Below, piece after piece: positions 15,496 through 34,509 of a stretch of 64,000 nt of DNA. A model generated the notes under the pieces. That model saw only the letters and a list, made by a program, of their open reading frames with translations. It was not told the origin of the DNA and ran no database searches. This DNA comes from Eledone cirrhosa (Eukaryota). The stretch's first letter is position 1. Each line of letters begins with the position of its first letter. The DNA lies in contig OZ024754.1 of assembly GCA_964016885.1 (NCBI GenBank), forward strand, positions 36,270,001 through 36,334,000, written 5' to 3'. The translations under genes and the position numbers were made by a program.

Positions 15496-15828
15496 CCATT
15501 GCCACAGTCGATACTTCATCTCTACCTAACAATTACAACATGAATACCTAGAGAAAGTGATCAATGTCGTAAATAGATCCGCTGGAGAGCTTCACTCTAA
15601 AGATTATGAAATACACTAAATCACTTTATTACAACTAAGATATAAAGACATGCAACTGCTCATAATATCCATTAATTAAATTAATGGCTCTTAAATGGCT
15701 ACTTCTGCCTCCTTTCTCATTTGCAATCCATTTTATAATCCTGTTTCAGTTATTAATACTCTGACTTAAATTGTGCTCTGTTCCATTTCAAATGAAATCA
15801 TTAAGAATGACACACACACACACTGACA

Positions 15829-15903
<75 letters not shown>

Positions 15904-15995
15904 ACACACTGACACACATACAGACACATCCACACAGGCACACACACACATATATATATAAATATAGTAATAATAATTATGAAAACTAATATATA

Positions 15996-16066
15996 TACTA
16001 CACTAAGTATCGAGTACTCTGGTGCGTTATGGTCCACCTGGTTCCTTACCTACCACATTTCCTTCG

Positions 16067-16069
<3 letters not shown>
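15996..16069 (+). mobile_element. Family A tail-only fragment
   Basis: ctaagtatcgagtactctggtgcgttatggtccacctgg...ccttcgtta followed by (TA)n. Confidence 0.75.
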
Positions 16070-16111
<42 letters not shown>

Positions 16112-16114
<3 letters not shown>

Positions 16115-16420
16115 GGTGGCTGCCAACTCGTTTTCGAGTACGGCCGCTACTTTATATCCATGTAGGAGAACTCCTACCGATGAGCTGACGAGTGTGACTT
16201 TTTAGTCCAGCCAGCAACTTGAAAACTCTGGTACAAACACTACACTTGTGACAATTATTGACACATAGTGCTGGGCCCATGGTACCATGTGACGACAAGC
16301 GCAGAGAGATCTCCAGATATAAAGCAATGCCTGTGCCGTGAAGCTTTTATAGTGAGCAAAGGCACTGCACAAAGCCAGTCCCACTCTCTTAACCAAGATG
16401 ATATTTACCAAAAAGAAGAG
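16112..16420 (-). mobile_element. 5'-truncated bipartite RTE-like retroposon
   Basis: Near-identical to 14181-14490. Confidence 0.7.
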
Positions 16421-16479
16421 CATACATATATACATACATATATACATACATATATACATACATACATATATACATACAT

Positions 16480-16870
16480 GCATAAAAGCTACAGCAATAA
16501 TATGAAAGAGTACTGGTGGAATGTTCCAGTCAAAACCCCAATAAAATGCAGGCATAACAGACCAGATATAATGATATGCGACAGGGAAAAGAAGGCATGC
16601 ACAGTGGTGGAAGTTAGCTGCCCAGCAGCTGCCAATATAATATTAAAGATTGGCGAAAATGAGAATATTTATGCAGAACTAATGAGAAATCTGCAGATAC
16701 TCCACCCTGACTATACCTTCAGAGTTATGCCTGTGTTTATTGGGGCACTGGGGTATGTTAGTAACTGCCTCAATACAAATCTTGAGAAGCTAGGCTTCAC
16801 AGGAACAGAAAGAACACAACTAGTTAGGAAACTACAAGTACAATCCTTTAATGGAACAGTAAAAATGTAT
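16480..16870 (+). mobile_element. R4/Dong-like LINE endonuclease fragment (second subfamily)
   Basis: KEYWWNVPVKTPIKCRHNRPDIMICD..VEVSCP..LQVQSFNGTVK; homologous to 30290-30635. Confidence 0.8.
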
Positions 16871-17050
16871 TAGTGTATATATGAATGTGTTAGTGTGTAT
16901 ATAAATGTGTTAGAGTATACATGAATGTATTAGTGTATATATGAATGTATTAGTGTATATATGAATGTATTAGTGTGTATATGAATATATTAGTGTGTAT
17001 ATGAATATATTAGTGTATATATGAATGTATTAGTGTATATATAAATGTAT
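16866..17050. repeat. 20-bp tandem repeat (gtattagtgtatatatgaat), ~9 copies
   Basis: Direct reading. Confidence 0.85.
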
Positions 17051-17124
17051 TTAACAAGCTCTTTAACAAACTCCAAGAAAACAAGGAAAGCACTATTAAA
17101 CAATCATAGCCATCATGATGATTT

Positions 17125-17335
17125 CTTGTATAGGCACAAGTTCAGTAATTTCGGGCTGAGGGGGGGGGGGGTCGATTAAATCGACCCCAGTACTTTATTT
17201 TATCGACCCCATAAGGATGAAAGGCAAAGTTAACCTCGGCGGGATTTGAACTCAGATCATAAAAAGGCCGTAACTCTATGCTGTAAAGCATGGCGTCCGA
17301 CCCCTCTACCGATACTGCCAATCCACCACCCTTCA
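17125..17335 (-). mobile_element. Meta-type tRNA-derived SINE
   Basis: Reverse strand: B box gagttcaaatccc and Meta-like gcctttcatcct..ggggtcgataaaataaagtac. Confidence 0.8.
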
Positions 17336-17640
17336 TAGCTATAACGATGGCGGATAGTAACAACAACAACAACAACAACAACAACAACGGCAACAACAAC
17401 AGTAACAACAACAACGACGACAAGAACAACAGCAACAATAACGACACAACAATAACAACAACAACAACAACACCAACGACGACACCACCAACAACAACAA
17501 CAACAACGACAACAATAACAACAACAACAACGGCAAGAACAACAACAAGGACGAAAGATATTTAAAGAACATTTTATCCACTCTGTCAATAATTACTTCG
17601 CCAACAGCAGTGAAAATAAAAACACACACACACATACACG

Positions 17641-17673
<33 letters not shown>

Positions 17674-17795
17674 ACTCACACACACACACACACACACACA
17701 TGCACACTCACACACACACACACACACATACATACACATACACACACACACACACATACGCACACTCACACGCACACACACACGCACACACACAC

Positions 17796-17862
<67 letters not shown>

Positions 17863-18137
17863 TACGCACGCACACACACACACACACACACACACAAAAG
17901 ACATGAAATAAAATTATAAAATTTTAATAAACGATTAGAAAAAAACAGCCGTAGTCAGAATGACAATAACAACAACAACTATAATAAGGAAGGCAAACAC
18001 TAATGATAAGTATCACAGTGACAAAAATAGCCTGCGATCAACGAGATACTTTATCGACAAATACTGCGTAGCTTCATATTTTTTACTCTGGAGTTTATAT
18101 TTAAAGAATAATTCATACATATATACACATATGTGTG

Positions 18138-18172
<35 letters not shown>

Positions 18173-18460
18173 ATATGCGTATGTATATTTATATATATAT
18201 ATATATAGATATATATATATATATATATGTACATATACATACACACACACATATATATATATATATATACGTATATTTAGGAACATATGTATATATACAC
18301 ATACATATAGATAAATATATATGTATACATATGTATGTGTATATATATACATATTTTTATATATATATATATATATAAGTGTGTGTGTGTATATATATAT
18401 ATATATTTATATATATATACATATATATATGCATATATATATGTGGATATATACACATAT

Positions 18461-18506
<46 letters not shown>

Positions 18507-18510
18507 TATA

Positions 18511-18578
<68 letters not shown>

Positions 18579-18832
18579 TTACATATAAACACATGTATAA
18601 ATAAGTATATAACGCAGAAACTAAAAAGGATTAGCTAAAATGAATAATAAGTATGATAGAACTCCATCTTTAATTCACAGACTCAAATCTGGGTCTCCCG
18701 GAAGCATATATCAAGCTTTGGCTAATAACTTACACTGTTAACATTCGCTATTTAAATGGAGTATATACACCTGCTCTTTAATAAACTTCATAATTCACTT
18801 AATAAAATACCGCAGGGCAGAAATACCTATAA

Positions 18833-18907
<75 letters not shown>

Positions 18908-19080
18908 GGTGGGGGTGTGGGTGTGTGGGTGGGTGTGTGTGTTTATGTCAAACAAATTATGTTTGTGGATACACTCCTGTATATGTAAGTCTATATATAT
19001 ATATATATATATGAGTGTGTGTGTGTGTGCGTGTGTGTGTGTGTAAGTATATATATATATGTGTCTGTGTGCGAGTGTGT

Positions 19081-19111
<31 letters not shown>

Positions 19112-19173
19112 AATATATATATATACATACTTACATACACAAAAACACACAAGACACACAAACACACACACAT

Positions 19174-19207
<34 letters not shown>

Positions 19208-19210
19208 GTG

Positions 19211-19280
<70 letters not shown>

Positions 19281-19284
<4 letters not shown>

Positions 19285-19439
19285 AACGAGTAGCACCCCG
19301 ACGGCTGAGCTCAAGCCGTTTCGACGGCTAATTCTGGACGCAGGGGGTCCTACTCGTTGCTATTACCCACTCTACTACCCTAAGTATTGAGTACTTTGGT
19401 GCGTTATGGTCCACCTGGTTCCTTACCACATTTCTTTCG

Positions 19440-19442
<3 letters not shown>
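19281..19442 (+). mobile_element. Family A element (A1) with deletion in the long arm
   Basis: Short arm intact; long arm resumes at ggggtcctactc; full tail. Confidence 0.8.
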
Positions 19443-19481
<39 letters not shown>

Positions 19482-19645
19482 GCATATCTAATTATATATT
19501 CTCCTTGTGTGAGCATGTCAACAACTGTAAGTTTAGGGCAGGTGGGTGTATATATGTATAATAACAATTATATATACATACCTATATGACTATATATGTA
19601 CGCATTTAGAGAAATGCATATGTATTTATATATATATTATATATA

Positions 19646-19740
<95 letters not shown>

Positions 19741-19747
19741 TACACAC

Positions 19748-19800
<53 letters not shown>

Positions 19801-20147
19801 TATATACACACAGATATATATATATATATATATATATGTGTGTACTCATACACACACACATATATATAATATACATATATATGTACGCACACGCACATAT
19901 ATATGTAATTAAATTTATATGTGCGTGTGTGTGTATATAAATATAGATGCATTCGTACATACATACATACAAACATACGTACATACATACATACATATAC
20001 ATACATATATACATACATACATATATACATATATACATATATACATATATACATACATACATGCATATACACATATATATACATACATATATATACACAT
20101 AGATACATATATACATACATACATACATACATACATACATACATACA

Positions 20148-20182
<35 letters not shown>

Positions 20183-20365
20183 GCATGCATGTATATATAT
20201 ATATTTATGTTTATATATATATATATATGTACATATAAATATATATATATATCTATATGTGTGTGTGTGTGTGTATACAATTATATATACAGTATATAAT
20301 ATATACATATATACCCATACACTCGTGCGCTCACATTTATGTCAGTACGCGTGTGGTGTGTGTTT

Positions 20366-20416
<51 letters not shown>

Positions 20417-20777
20417 TGTTTGTGTGTTTGTATGTGTGTATGTGCGTGCGTGTGTGTGTGTGTGTGTATGTGTGTGTGTTTGAGAATATTTCCTACCTAA
20501 TCCTGCCTAGCTGCAACACACACACACAGACACACACATGCACACACAAATATACACACACACGCGGACACACACTCACGTACATAACCAGAGACACGCA
20601 CAGACGCACATATATAAACACACACATACACACGCACACACATACACACATACATACATATACATACACATATATATAAATACAGATATCCTGAGACACG
20701 CACACACAGAAACACACACACACATAGATAAAGACACACACAGACACACATACACACTCACATACACATGCATACCC

Positions 20778-20808
<31 letters not shown>

Positions 20809-21125
20809 GATATCCTGAGACACGCACACATTCATAACCAGAGACACGCACAAACACACACATACAGACACACATACACACACACACACACAGATATCCT
20901 TAGACACACACACATTCATAACCAGAGACACGCACAAACACACACATACAGACACACATACACACACACACAGATATCCTGAGACACACACACACATTCA
21001 TAACCAGAGACACGCACAAACATACACATAGATAAACACACACAAGTACACACACGTACGTACACACACACACACACACACTCACACACCTACACATAGA
21101 TGAACGCACACACACACCTACACAC

Positions 21126-21156
<31 letters not shown>

Positions 21157-21801
21157 TAGATGAACAAACACCCCCCCCCCCACACACACCGACACACACA
21201 TAGACACACACACACACAAACACACACAAACACACACACACACACACATAGATGAACACACACACACACACACACACATACACACACATAGATGAACACC
21301 CACTCCACCCCACTCCACCCCACAAACACACGCACACACACACACACAAACACACACACACATACACACACACAGACACACACACACACACACACTAATC
21401 GACGAAGCATGAAAGAGAGCTCCACATGCTTAGTGTTGCAGTGTAAGAGAAAGCAACTTAAAATCCCAACATGGCGGTAGAAACGCCGCCCTTCCTACGC
21501 ACCATAGAATTGCTTCAGGCTTCGGCAGGACAACACTGAAAATGTTGCGGAAAAAAGTCTCCAACAAAGCGAACTCAGATAGCAATTTCCTTCTTAGTGG
21601 GGAGTTCCCATGCAGTGCTGGGTGCTTTCTTTTATTTCTTATTATTCTTAGTTTTTATTTTTATTTATTTTTTTTTTTTGCTTTTTTTTTTTGCCTTTCA
21701 CTCTTTTTCTCTATCTATCTCTCTTTCTTCTCTTTTTTTCTTTTTTTCTTTTTTTTTTTTTGGCTAGCACACTCTTTCTCTCTCTCTCTCTATCTCATTC
21801 G

Positions 21802-21836
<35 letters not shown>

Positions 21837-21848
21837 ACTCTGTCTATC

Positions 21849-21908
<60 letters not shown>

Positions 21909-22014
21909 TCTCTCTCTCTCTATCTATCTATCTCTCTTTCTTCTCTTTTTTCTTTTTTTTTGGCTAGCACACTCTTTCTCTCTCTCAATCTCATTCGTTT
22001 TCTCACCCCCTCTC

Positions 22015-22061
<47 letters not shown>

Positions 22062-22066
22062 CACTC

Positions 22067-22145
<79 letters not shown>

Positions 22146-22447
22146 TCTCTCTCTCCCTCTCTTTCTTCTTTCTTTCTGTCTTTTATTGTTTCTTTCTCTT
22201 ATATGTCCTTCGCTGTTTCCTTGTCTGTTTTATAGATCTAGACTCTGTGTGTGTATGTGTATGTTTGTTTGTGTGTACATGTGTGTGTATGTGTGTACGT
22301 GTTTGTGTGTGTTCATACGAGTATACATATAATTATATACATTTATATTAAACAAAACACATGCATCTACGACAATATGTTTTTAGTATTAATAAAAATA
22401 ATAACAACAACAACAATAACAATAGTAATAACGATAATAATACTAAT

Positions 22448-23390
22448 TTTTGTCTTTATTGACCACAAAGGGTTTACATAAAGAATACATTAAGGACGGC
22501 ACAGGACGATACAATGTGGGTTTCTGCGTGTAAAAATTAATATAAAACAAATATAGAAACAAAAAAAAAAATCCCCAATAGAGGGGGAGAGACTTCCGTG
22601 GGTTACTCGTGGAGAAAACCCACAAAAGCCACAGTCACCCTAACCCCCAGGGCAAGTACCCTCTTCTAAGTGTCTTCCCTCGATCTACAGGCGCACGCTC
22701 AGAGCAGGCCCATTCCCTCGGGTCATTCTCGTCTATTTCACCCACCTTTCAACAAATTGCTTTGAACGCAGCCCTTCCTTCTCCACCCTGATTTTCCTCT
22801 TCGAGTGAAAACCTGAAGGAGGGTGCCAGTCTTCAGCCTTTTCAGATGAGTCCACCATTTTACCTCTTTCGCCATTGCCACCAGACAGACAATAACAGCC
22901 TGACCTTCCTAGCTAAGGAAGGATAGCGGGGCGATTTTGACGATGGACTCAGTTGACAGTCGGATCCGTTCCACACGTGACAACAGGTGTTCGAGATAAA
23001 CCCATAAGCCAGCGATACTCGGACACTGGACGACTGCGTGCACGACAGATTCGTCGCCCTGAGCGCATCTCGGTCATGCCCGACAGACGGCCCTTCCAAG
23101 CCTATAGATTTTATCTCAACAACTCTCACACACAAACAAAGATACAATATACTGAAGATCGGAGCGTCGACGGCCCGTCCGAGGAGGCTAGCTGTTGTAG
23201 CGGGTGTCACTGGCCATAATCAGAGGAATGCTTTTTCCGTCTTGTCTGCGGAGCACAGCACTTCTACCCTCTTGCCCTAAGCCCAAAGCCCAATCACCCA
23301 CCCCCTTCCCCCCTTCCCCCTCATCTGCCACACCAGAGCTCTTGCCATTCCGCCCCTTGCTGTTCATTTTCTTCTTTCTTTTTATATACT
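22448..23390 (-). mobile_element. Tx1/L1-like LINE remnant, 3' end next to a TAA-rich tract
   Basis: Minus-strand frames give WWTHLKRLK..RKIRVEKEGLRSKQFVERWVK; 3' UTR recurs at 52.4-53.5 kb; the 5' boundary is uncertain. Confidence 0.55.
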
Positions 23391-23711
23391 GAAGTGAAAA
23401 CTAAACCAAACGATCAATGTGTTGTACTATTTTATCTGTCTATATTAGGATAACATGACCCTCTCCAAATATAAGGTTAATTTAAATATTATTTTATTAG
23501 CTCGTATGATGGCGCCAATGTCTTAACATTTTTTTACCAACGGTATCCATCAATGGGTGAATCAATGACAGATCTACAGCTGGTCTAAAGTCAACTACGA
23601 TGTCATGGCCGCGGATGGGAGGACAATGAAGAATCAATAATAGACGCCAATCGTCTGAGAAGACGCTGCAATTCTCATGTATATAAAAAAAAATATATAT
23701 ATATATGTATA

Positions 23712-23769
<58 letters not shown>

Positions 23770-23957
23770 GCATAATAAATGCAGACAATGGATGCTGTGC
23801 ACTCTATTGCTGCATTAAGTGTGGCCGAAAATCGAGTACGGTTATAGCTTGAAGGAACCCATTTACGTTTGTTGTAGTGGAGTTTACATAACATTACTTA
23901 TTGAGTATGCTGAGATGCAACCGGTACTAGAAGTGAAACCCATGCTAGTCCCGTCAA

Positions 23958-24005
<48 letters not shown>

Positions 24006-24013
<8 letters not shown>

Positions 24014-24180
24014 TAACAGATTAAAGTTTAAGCAAAGAATCGCTGCTTTCACCCTTAACGTTAAGGATGAAAGCAGCAATTCTTTGCTTAAACTTTAATC
24101 TGTTATTTTAATAAATATTTGCTCTACGGTTTATATATATATTTATATATATTTATATATATTATCCTTATCGAGCCCGC
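24006..24180 (+). mobile_element. Family E fold-back element (no spacer)
   Basis: Palindrome centred on cttaacgttaag (~24059) plus tail; homologous to 25507-25925. Confidence 0.8.
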
Positions 24181-24321
24181 TTTGCCTCCGTAAACAATAA
24201 CTCTCTATTTGAGTGGGCCATGGTGCCCAAATCCTGATCTGAAAGACTTCGCCAGATGGTGCATTTAAGTTAGACATGGCCCGGGCCAATACTGGCCGAA
24301 ACCTATCAAAAGTTATCAAAG

Positions 24322-24369
<48 letters not shown>

Positions 24370-24714
24370 TGAATATAAAATAAAAACGAACACAGATATA
24401 TACATATATGTGTTCAAATCGTAAGGGACCAGATTCGCTAAGGTGAAAAGAAATCTAACTGTAGACAATAGGGTTTCCCAGACTCAATTTAAGAATAAAT
24501 CAAGGAAATAAATACAAACCGGAATTGTGGTAACTACCAATCACCCAGACAGCTTGATGTTGTTTCGCAATGTTAATTGTGAATAGAATTACCGATGATA
24601 TATATATATATAGGATGAAAAACATCCCAAGAGTCAGCTCAAAAGTGACACAGAGGAGATTGAGGTTAGCTGGACATGCTCACCGACATCCAGAGTTGAC
24701 ATTGCACTCAGTGC

Positions 24715-24884
24715 TCCTTTGGGAGCCCCTACATGGACACACTTGAAGAGGAAGACCAAGGTTAACGTATGCTGAAGCCCTAAGGACAGACACTGGTCTG
24801 TTGAAGACGCAGGACATGGCAGCGATAATGAGGGACAGAGACCGCTGGAGAGAACTCGTCCATGGATCTCGGGAATTTTACCCG

Positions 24885-24889
<5 letters not shown>
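24715..24889 (+). mobile_element. RTE-like LINE 3' end
   Basis: WEPLHGHT.RGRPRLTY...MRDRDRWRELV; second copy at 28884-29055. Confidence 0.7.
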
Positions 24890-26987
<2,098 letters not shown>

Positions 26988-27241
26988 TCTTGCCACATGT
27001 AACTGCCATGTAGTATCAACTGTGGTAAGAATTACATCATGACACGGGTAGTGAAATGTTTAATTTGTTACATGATCGCTCCTTGTTGACTCTAGAAGGA
27101 GATTACTGTCTACCACCTCACCCCACACCTCCCTTTCTCTATCTCTCGCCTTCATTCTTTCTCTTACTTTTAACACACATATATATATATATGTGTGTGT
27201 GTGTATATATATATGTATATATATGTATATATATGTATATA

Positions 27242-27317
<76 letters not shown>

Positions 27318-27330
27318 ATACATTAACAGA

Positions 27331-27362
<32 letters not shown>

Positions 27363-27392
27363 ACACACATATATATATATATATATACACAT

Positions 27393-27506
<114 letters not shown>

Positions 27507-27601
27507 GTGTGTATATATTTATATATTTATATATATATACATGTATAGAGAGAGACACTCAAAACAAAATCACATATGCCATCTCAGACACATACCCTCT
27601 C

Positions 27602-27643
<42 letters not shown>

Positions 27644-27758
27644 GGACTACTCATACGGAGACATGCACACAAACAAACACGCACGGACATAAACATACGT
27701 GTGTGTGTGTCACTTCAGACAGTGACCTGTATCTCAATACACACACACACACACAAAC

Positions 27759-27849
<91 letters not shown>

Positions 27850-27960
27850 TACGCACACACACGCACACACACATACACGCCCAAACACAAACACACACAT
27901 ACACTCAAACACATACACGCAAACACATACACACACTCACACACAAACGCATACATACAT

Positions 27961-28015
<55 letters not shown>

Positions 28016-28173
28016 AACACACACACGCAAACACATACACATACACGCAAACACATACACACACGAGCTCATTGAGACACATTGTCTCCGATAAGTCTGC
28101 CAGATTTCCATTTATAATAAAATGCTTAATTGCTGCCTACCTTACGGGAAACCACAAACACACGCGTAAACAC

Positions 28174-28234
<61 letters not shown>

Positions 28235-28252
28235 TATATATATATATGTATA

Positions 28253-28512
28253 GTGGAGGCACGTGGCCTAGTGGTAAGGGTGTTGGACTTACGATTATAA
28301 TGTCGTGGGTTCGATTCCTGAGTTACTTCATTTCATGTTGCTCCAGTATACTCAGCTGAAAATGAGTACCAGTAATAGCTGGAGGTTTAACCCTGCGATG
28401 GACTGGCGTCCTGTCCAGGGGAAAGTCTTGTACACTCAGTCGCTTCAGGAGATGAAACTGGGATAAGCGCCGGCCAAATGAGCCTTCTGGCTTAAGACAG
28501 ACTTTAAACTTT
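28253..28512 (+). mobile_element. tRNA-derived SINE with V-domain-like centre
   Basis: A box tggcctagtgg, B box ggttcgattcc, aaccctgcgatggactggcgtcctgtccaggg. Confidence 0.75.
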
Positions 28513-28530
28513 ATATATATGTATATATCT

Positions 28531-28850
28531 TAAGAAACGGAGAATCAGTGCTGCGACGGATTAGAATTTATTAGACATATTACAATCGTTTTTCTGGCGA
28601 CCAGCTCGAGGCACGATCGATGCGATGATCGAACCTGACTCTGAAATCGCAAGTTCTTCAGATACGTCTCAATCTTTCGAAGCAGAGTTTCCAGAGTTTT
28701 GGAAACGATTGTAATATGTCTAATAAATTCTAATTCGTCGCACCACTGATTCTCCGTTTCTTATGTGATATTATATTCTGCTCTGTAAGAGCATCGAGTG
28801 CTCAAACGGCCTACCGCTTACGGACGCTTTAAACATCCCACACCAAATAT
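28531..28850 (+). mobile_element. Family H fold-back element with degenerate HHR
   Basis: Arms 28531-28591 / 28703-28763; GAAAC-GAUU-GUA; CUGAAGA on minus strand at 28655-28661; tail 28764-28850. Confidence 0.7.
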
Positions 28851-28883
28851 TTATATATATATATATATATATTCTATTCTATT

Positions 28884-29055
28884 CTAAGGCGGGTAAAATT
28901 CCCGAGATCCATGGACGAGTTCTCTCCAGCGGTCTCTGTCCCTCATTATCGCTGCCATGTCCTGCGTCTCCAACAGACCAGTGTCTGTCCTTAAGGCATC
29001 AACATAGGTTAACCTTGGTCTTCCTCTACTAGTGTGTCCATGTAGGGGCTCCCAT
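28884..29055 (-). mobile_element. RTE-like LINE 3' end
   Basis: IWEPLHGHTSRGRPRLTYVDAL..DRDRWRELV. Confidence 0.7.
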
Positions 29056-29156
29056 ATATATATAGCTGCATCCATACGTATATATATGCATATATGCATT
29101 TTGGTATATTTGAGACGTAACTGCACTAAAAAAATTGAATGCAGTTTAAAAATAAA

Positions 29157-29242
<86 letters not shown>

Positions 29243-29243
<1 letters not shown>

Positions 29244-29361
29244 ATTGTTTCTACGTTAGGCACAAGGCCACCAATTACCCAGTGTATTACTGGTACTTTA
29301 TTTTATTGACCCTGTAAGGATGAAAGGCAAAGTTAACCTCGGCGGGATTTGAACTCAGACC

Positions 29362-29362
<1 letters not shown>
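29243..29362 (-). mobile_element. Partial Meta-type SINE
   Basis: Homologous to 52082-52200. Confidence 0.75.
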
Positions 29363-29413
<51 letters not shown>

Positions 29414-29417
<4 letters not shown>

Positions 29418-29561
29418 TTGAAGACTAAAATCCAAAGACCAAAGAGGGCTCGATAAGGATAAATATATATCATAAGGATAAAGATAGATCAATAGATCTA
29501 GTAGAGGTAGGTGAAAGCAGCAGGATTCTTTGCTTAAACTTAATCTTTAATCTGTTATTTA

Positions 29562-29568
<7 letters not shown>
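29414..29568. mobile_element. Scrambled family E fragment
   Basis: Inverted tail plus arm fragment with micro-duplications (ccaaagaccaaaga, taaggataaa twice, ttaatctttaatct). Confidence 0.65.
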
Positions 29569-29619
<51 letters not shown>

Positions 29620-29760
29620 GTTTAGGTCGTAAATACCTGGATAAAATCCTTCTCTTAATGCTTATCTGTGTTTTCTCTTTCATACGATATATATATATAT
29701 ATATATCCTTGCATGATTTTTTTGCTGATAAACATGCAGTTTTTCATACATGGATTCGCT

Positions 29761-30885
<1,125 letters not shown>

Positions 30886-31072
30886 ATACACATACACATA
30901 CATACATATACACATACATACACACATACATACATACAACATACATACATACATACATACACACGCACATACATACATACATACATACATACATACATAC
31001 ATACATACATACATACATACACCCATACATACACACATACATATACACATACATACTTACATACATACATAC

Positions 31073-31150
31073 ATTTCTTTTCTTTTACAACCTTGCCACC
31101 AGGAAGGTGGCGGGTCAAAAATATACTCGAAATTAAGAGAAAGAGATAAC
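31073..31150 (+). mobile_element. R4/Dong-like 3' UTR stub
   Basis: Matches 14025-14100; (CATA)n on both sides. Confidence 0.7.
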
Positions 31151-31213
31151 ATACATACATACATACATACATACATACATACATACATACATACATACAT
31201 ACATACATACATA

Positions 31214-31767
31214 CATGGTGGCTGCCAACTCGTTTTCGAGTACGGCCACTACTTTATATCCATGTAGGAGAACCCCTACCAATGTGCTGAACGAGTGTGA
31301 CTTTTTAGTCCAGCCAGCGACTTGAAAACTCTGGCACAAACACTACACTTGTGACAATTATTGACACATAGTGGACATGGTACCATGTGACGACAAGTGC
31401 AGAGAGATCTCCAGATACAAAGCAATGCCTGTGCCGTGAAGCTTTTATAGTGAGCAAAGGCACTGCACAAAGCCAGTCCCACTCTCTTAACCAAGATGAT
31501 ATTTACCAAAAAGAAGAACAAGTCAACATCATTGGATACCATCAGGGTTGCAGGTGTTATATCAGAGTTTTCCTTCTCCTAGAATTCTGCCTTGACAAAG
31601 GCTAAGGGGTCATCTCTCCCGGTGATTTTGGATGGCCATTGACTCTTAAGAGCTCCTCTGCCCTTTGACAGGTTTTGTTTTTAGTCCTGTAGGATGTCCA
31701 AAGTCACCCTCCTCACCAAGAAACCTTAGTGGGGTTGCCAGTTTAGTCGCCAATGACCCGACCATGC
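31214..31767 (-). mobile_element. Bipartite RTE-like retroposon
   Basis: Near-identical to 14181-14738; C2H2 motif CSVCARVFKSLAGLKSHTRSAH. Confidence 0.7.
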
Positions 31768-32306
31768 ATACACACATACATACATACATACATATCTGAT
31801 GGTCGGCTTATAAGTTCATAGGCTGACCAAGATACTCTCTTGGAATGACAAATTGAGGTATATTTTTCAACATCTCTAAAAAGAAACAATGCAGTTATGA
31901 TGACGAGTTCCAATTAGACAGAAACATAGATTTTTTTTTACCAAATTTTCTTTAAAGGCAATGAATACAACCTCTAATCTGTTTTGTAAGATATTGTCGA
32001 AATCTTTAGATCAACTGATTTTATTTGACTGCTTGTCGCTTTAAGATTATTAATAACCCTAGAGGGAGTTTTTCTCTACTAATTGTGTGGATAATTTCAG
32101 TTGATCGAATTGTTTTTTCAAGTCAACGTCACATATGCGAAACTCTACGATTGTCGTCGTTGTCGTCGTTGTTGTCGCTGCTGTTGTCGCTGCTGTTGTT
32201 GCTGTTGTTGTTGTTGTTGTTGTTGTTCCCTGTGAAGTGGTGTAATTGTCATTATTTCTAATACTTTTGTAGTAATCATTTTTGACACATCTGTTGTTCT
32301 TGTTGA

Positions 32307-32342
<36 letters not shown>

Positions 32343-32402
32343 CCCTTATTCTCATTGTCACTTGTAATTTTCATTCTTAATGCAATTGTCATTGATGCTG
32401 TT

Positions 32403-32433
<31 letters not shown>

Positions 32434-32822
32434 TTGTTGCTGCTGCTGCTGCTGTTGTTATTGCTGTTGTTGTTGTTGCTGCTGTAGTTGCTGTTGTTGT
32501 TGTTGTTGTTGTTATTGTTGTTGTTGTTGTTATTGTGGTTATCGTCGTTGTTGTTGTCGTTGTTGCCGTTGTTGTTGTTATCGTTGTCGTTGTCGTTGCC
32601 ATTGTTATTGTTGTTGTTGTTGTTGTCATTGTCGTCGTTGCTGTTGTTGTTGTTGTTGTTGTTGTTGTCGCTGGATCGTGCTTTTATCGCAAGGACGCGG
32701 TAGAGCGCCCCAAGCTGTAATCCTCCTCACCAGATATGTCGACTACGACGGCTAAAGAGGCTATTCATTTGTCGCACTTCTGTCTCTGAACTTCTTCTTC
32801 CCCTTCCCCTACCTTCCGACCT

Positions 32823-32860
<38 letters not shown>

Positions 32861-32944
32861 ACACACACATATATATATATATAAATATATATATATACAC
32901 ACACATACAAGCATACATACACACACTTATATATATATATATGT

Positions 32945-33022
<78 letters not shown>

Positions 33023-33065
33023 ACTATACATATATCTATATATAGATATATTTATATCTACTTCC

Positions 33066-33168
<103 letters not shown>

Positions 33169-33169
33169 C

Positions 33170-33202
<33 letters not shown>

Positions 33203-33428
33203 TTATATATATATATATGTGTGTGTGTGTGTTACCACAGATGTACAGATGGAAATATGTGTATACACATATACACGTAGATATATATAGATATATATAT
33301 AAATACGTATATAAACATACATGTATACAAACAAACATACATACCCACACACACACACTCAGATGTACAATAGGAAATCATACATGCACATATATATAGA
33401 TACAAAACAAATACATGTATACACTTAT

Positions 33429-33513
<85 letters not shown>

Positions 33514-33871
33514 AATACGTATATAAACAGATATACACAAACACATATTCACTCACACATACGCACACATACGCACACACAAATGTACAAATTGAAATAC
33601 ATACACACATGAATACATATGCAAATACATACATACATACATACATACATACATACATACATACATACATACATACATACATACACATATAAACAGAATT
33701 ACACAAATACACACATAAACATTCATATATACGACACTTATACTCACACTCAACTATACATGGCATAAATACACACATACATATATGTTCATACAAATAT
33801 ATACATACACATATATACATATATACATATATACATATATACATATATACATATATACATATATACACGCT

Positions 33872-34125
33872 TTATGCGAGCGAGACCTGGAAGAGTACGG
33901 CAAAAATAGGGAGACGGCTGAACGTTTTCCACCAGCGGGGCCTGCGAAAGATCCTTCGTGTGTCCTGGCGTGACTCGAGTGCGAAACGAGGAGATCCTGC
34001 AGAAAGCCGAGTCGTGGACGCTACAGAGAGTGGTGATGGAGCTTCGGTGCCGTCTGGCTGGCCGCCATATTCTGCGTCTGCCAAATGAACGGCATTCGAA
34101 AACAGCGATGAACTGGACTCCGTGT
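33872..34125 (+). mobile_element. RTE-like LINE fragment
   Basis: KILRVSWRD / VRNEEILQKA..RCRLAG.HILRLPNERHSKTAMNWTP. Confidence 0.65.
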
Positions 34126-34509
34126 ATCCAGTTTTTGCCCTTTATAAGGTTCATTGTAGTTGACCACTCGACAACATATAAATTGAAGTCTGTTATACAC
34201 GTTATTCAACCTGCAAGAAAAAACCCCACGTGGGCCACGTTTTGCCTACGAGACGTAGCACCTCGGCTTTAGATGATACTAGACCCCCCCGTGATCCGTT
34301 GGGCCACGTTCACTTCAAAATATATTTTTAAAAATCATGTTCACTTAAAAATAATTTTTAAATAATTAAAATATACACAGATATGTATGTAATGTGAAAT
34401 GAAACTGCAACGCCCATATATTTACATGTGTGTATGTATATATGTAAATGTGTGTGTGTGTGTGTATACATATATATATGTATGTGTGTATGTATATATA
34501 TATATATAC

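Noticed and set aside
21400-21620. Unique segment with a YY1-like aacatggcg motif, possible exon or promoter
   Set aside because: A single motif with no supported ORF or splice structure
28253-28322. tRNA gene
   Set aside because: A and B boxes are present, but there is no clean cloverleaf and it continues into a SINE body
31795-31875. Possible mariner-like terminal repeat
   Set aside because: Only one end seen; no partner TIR or transposase
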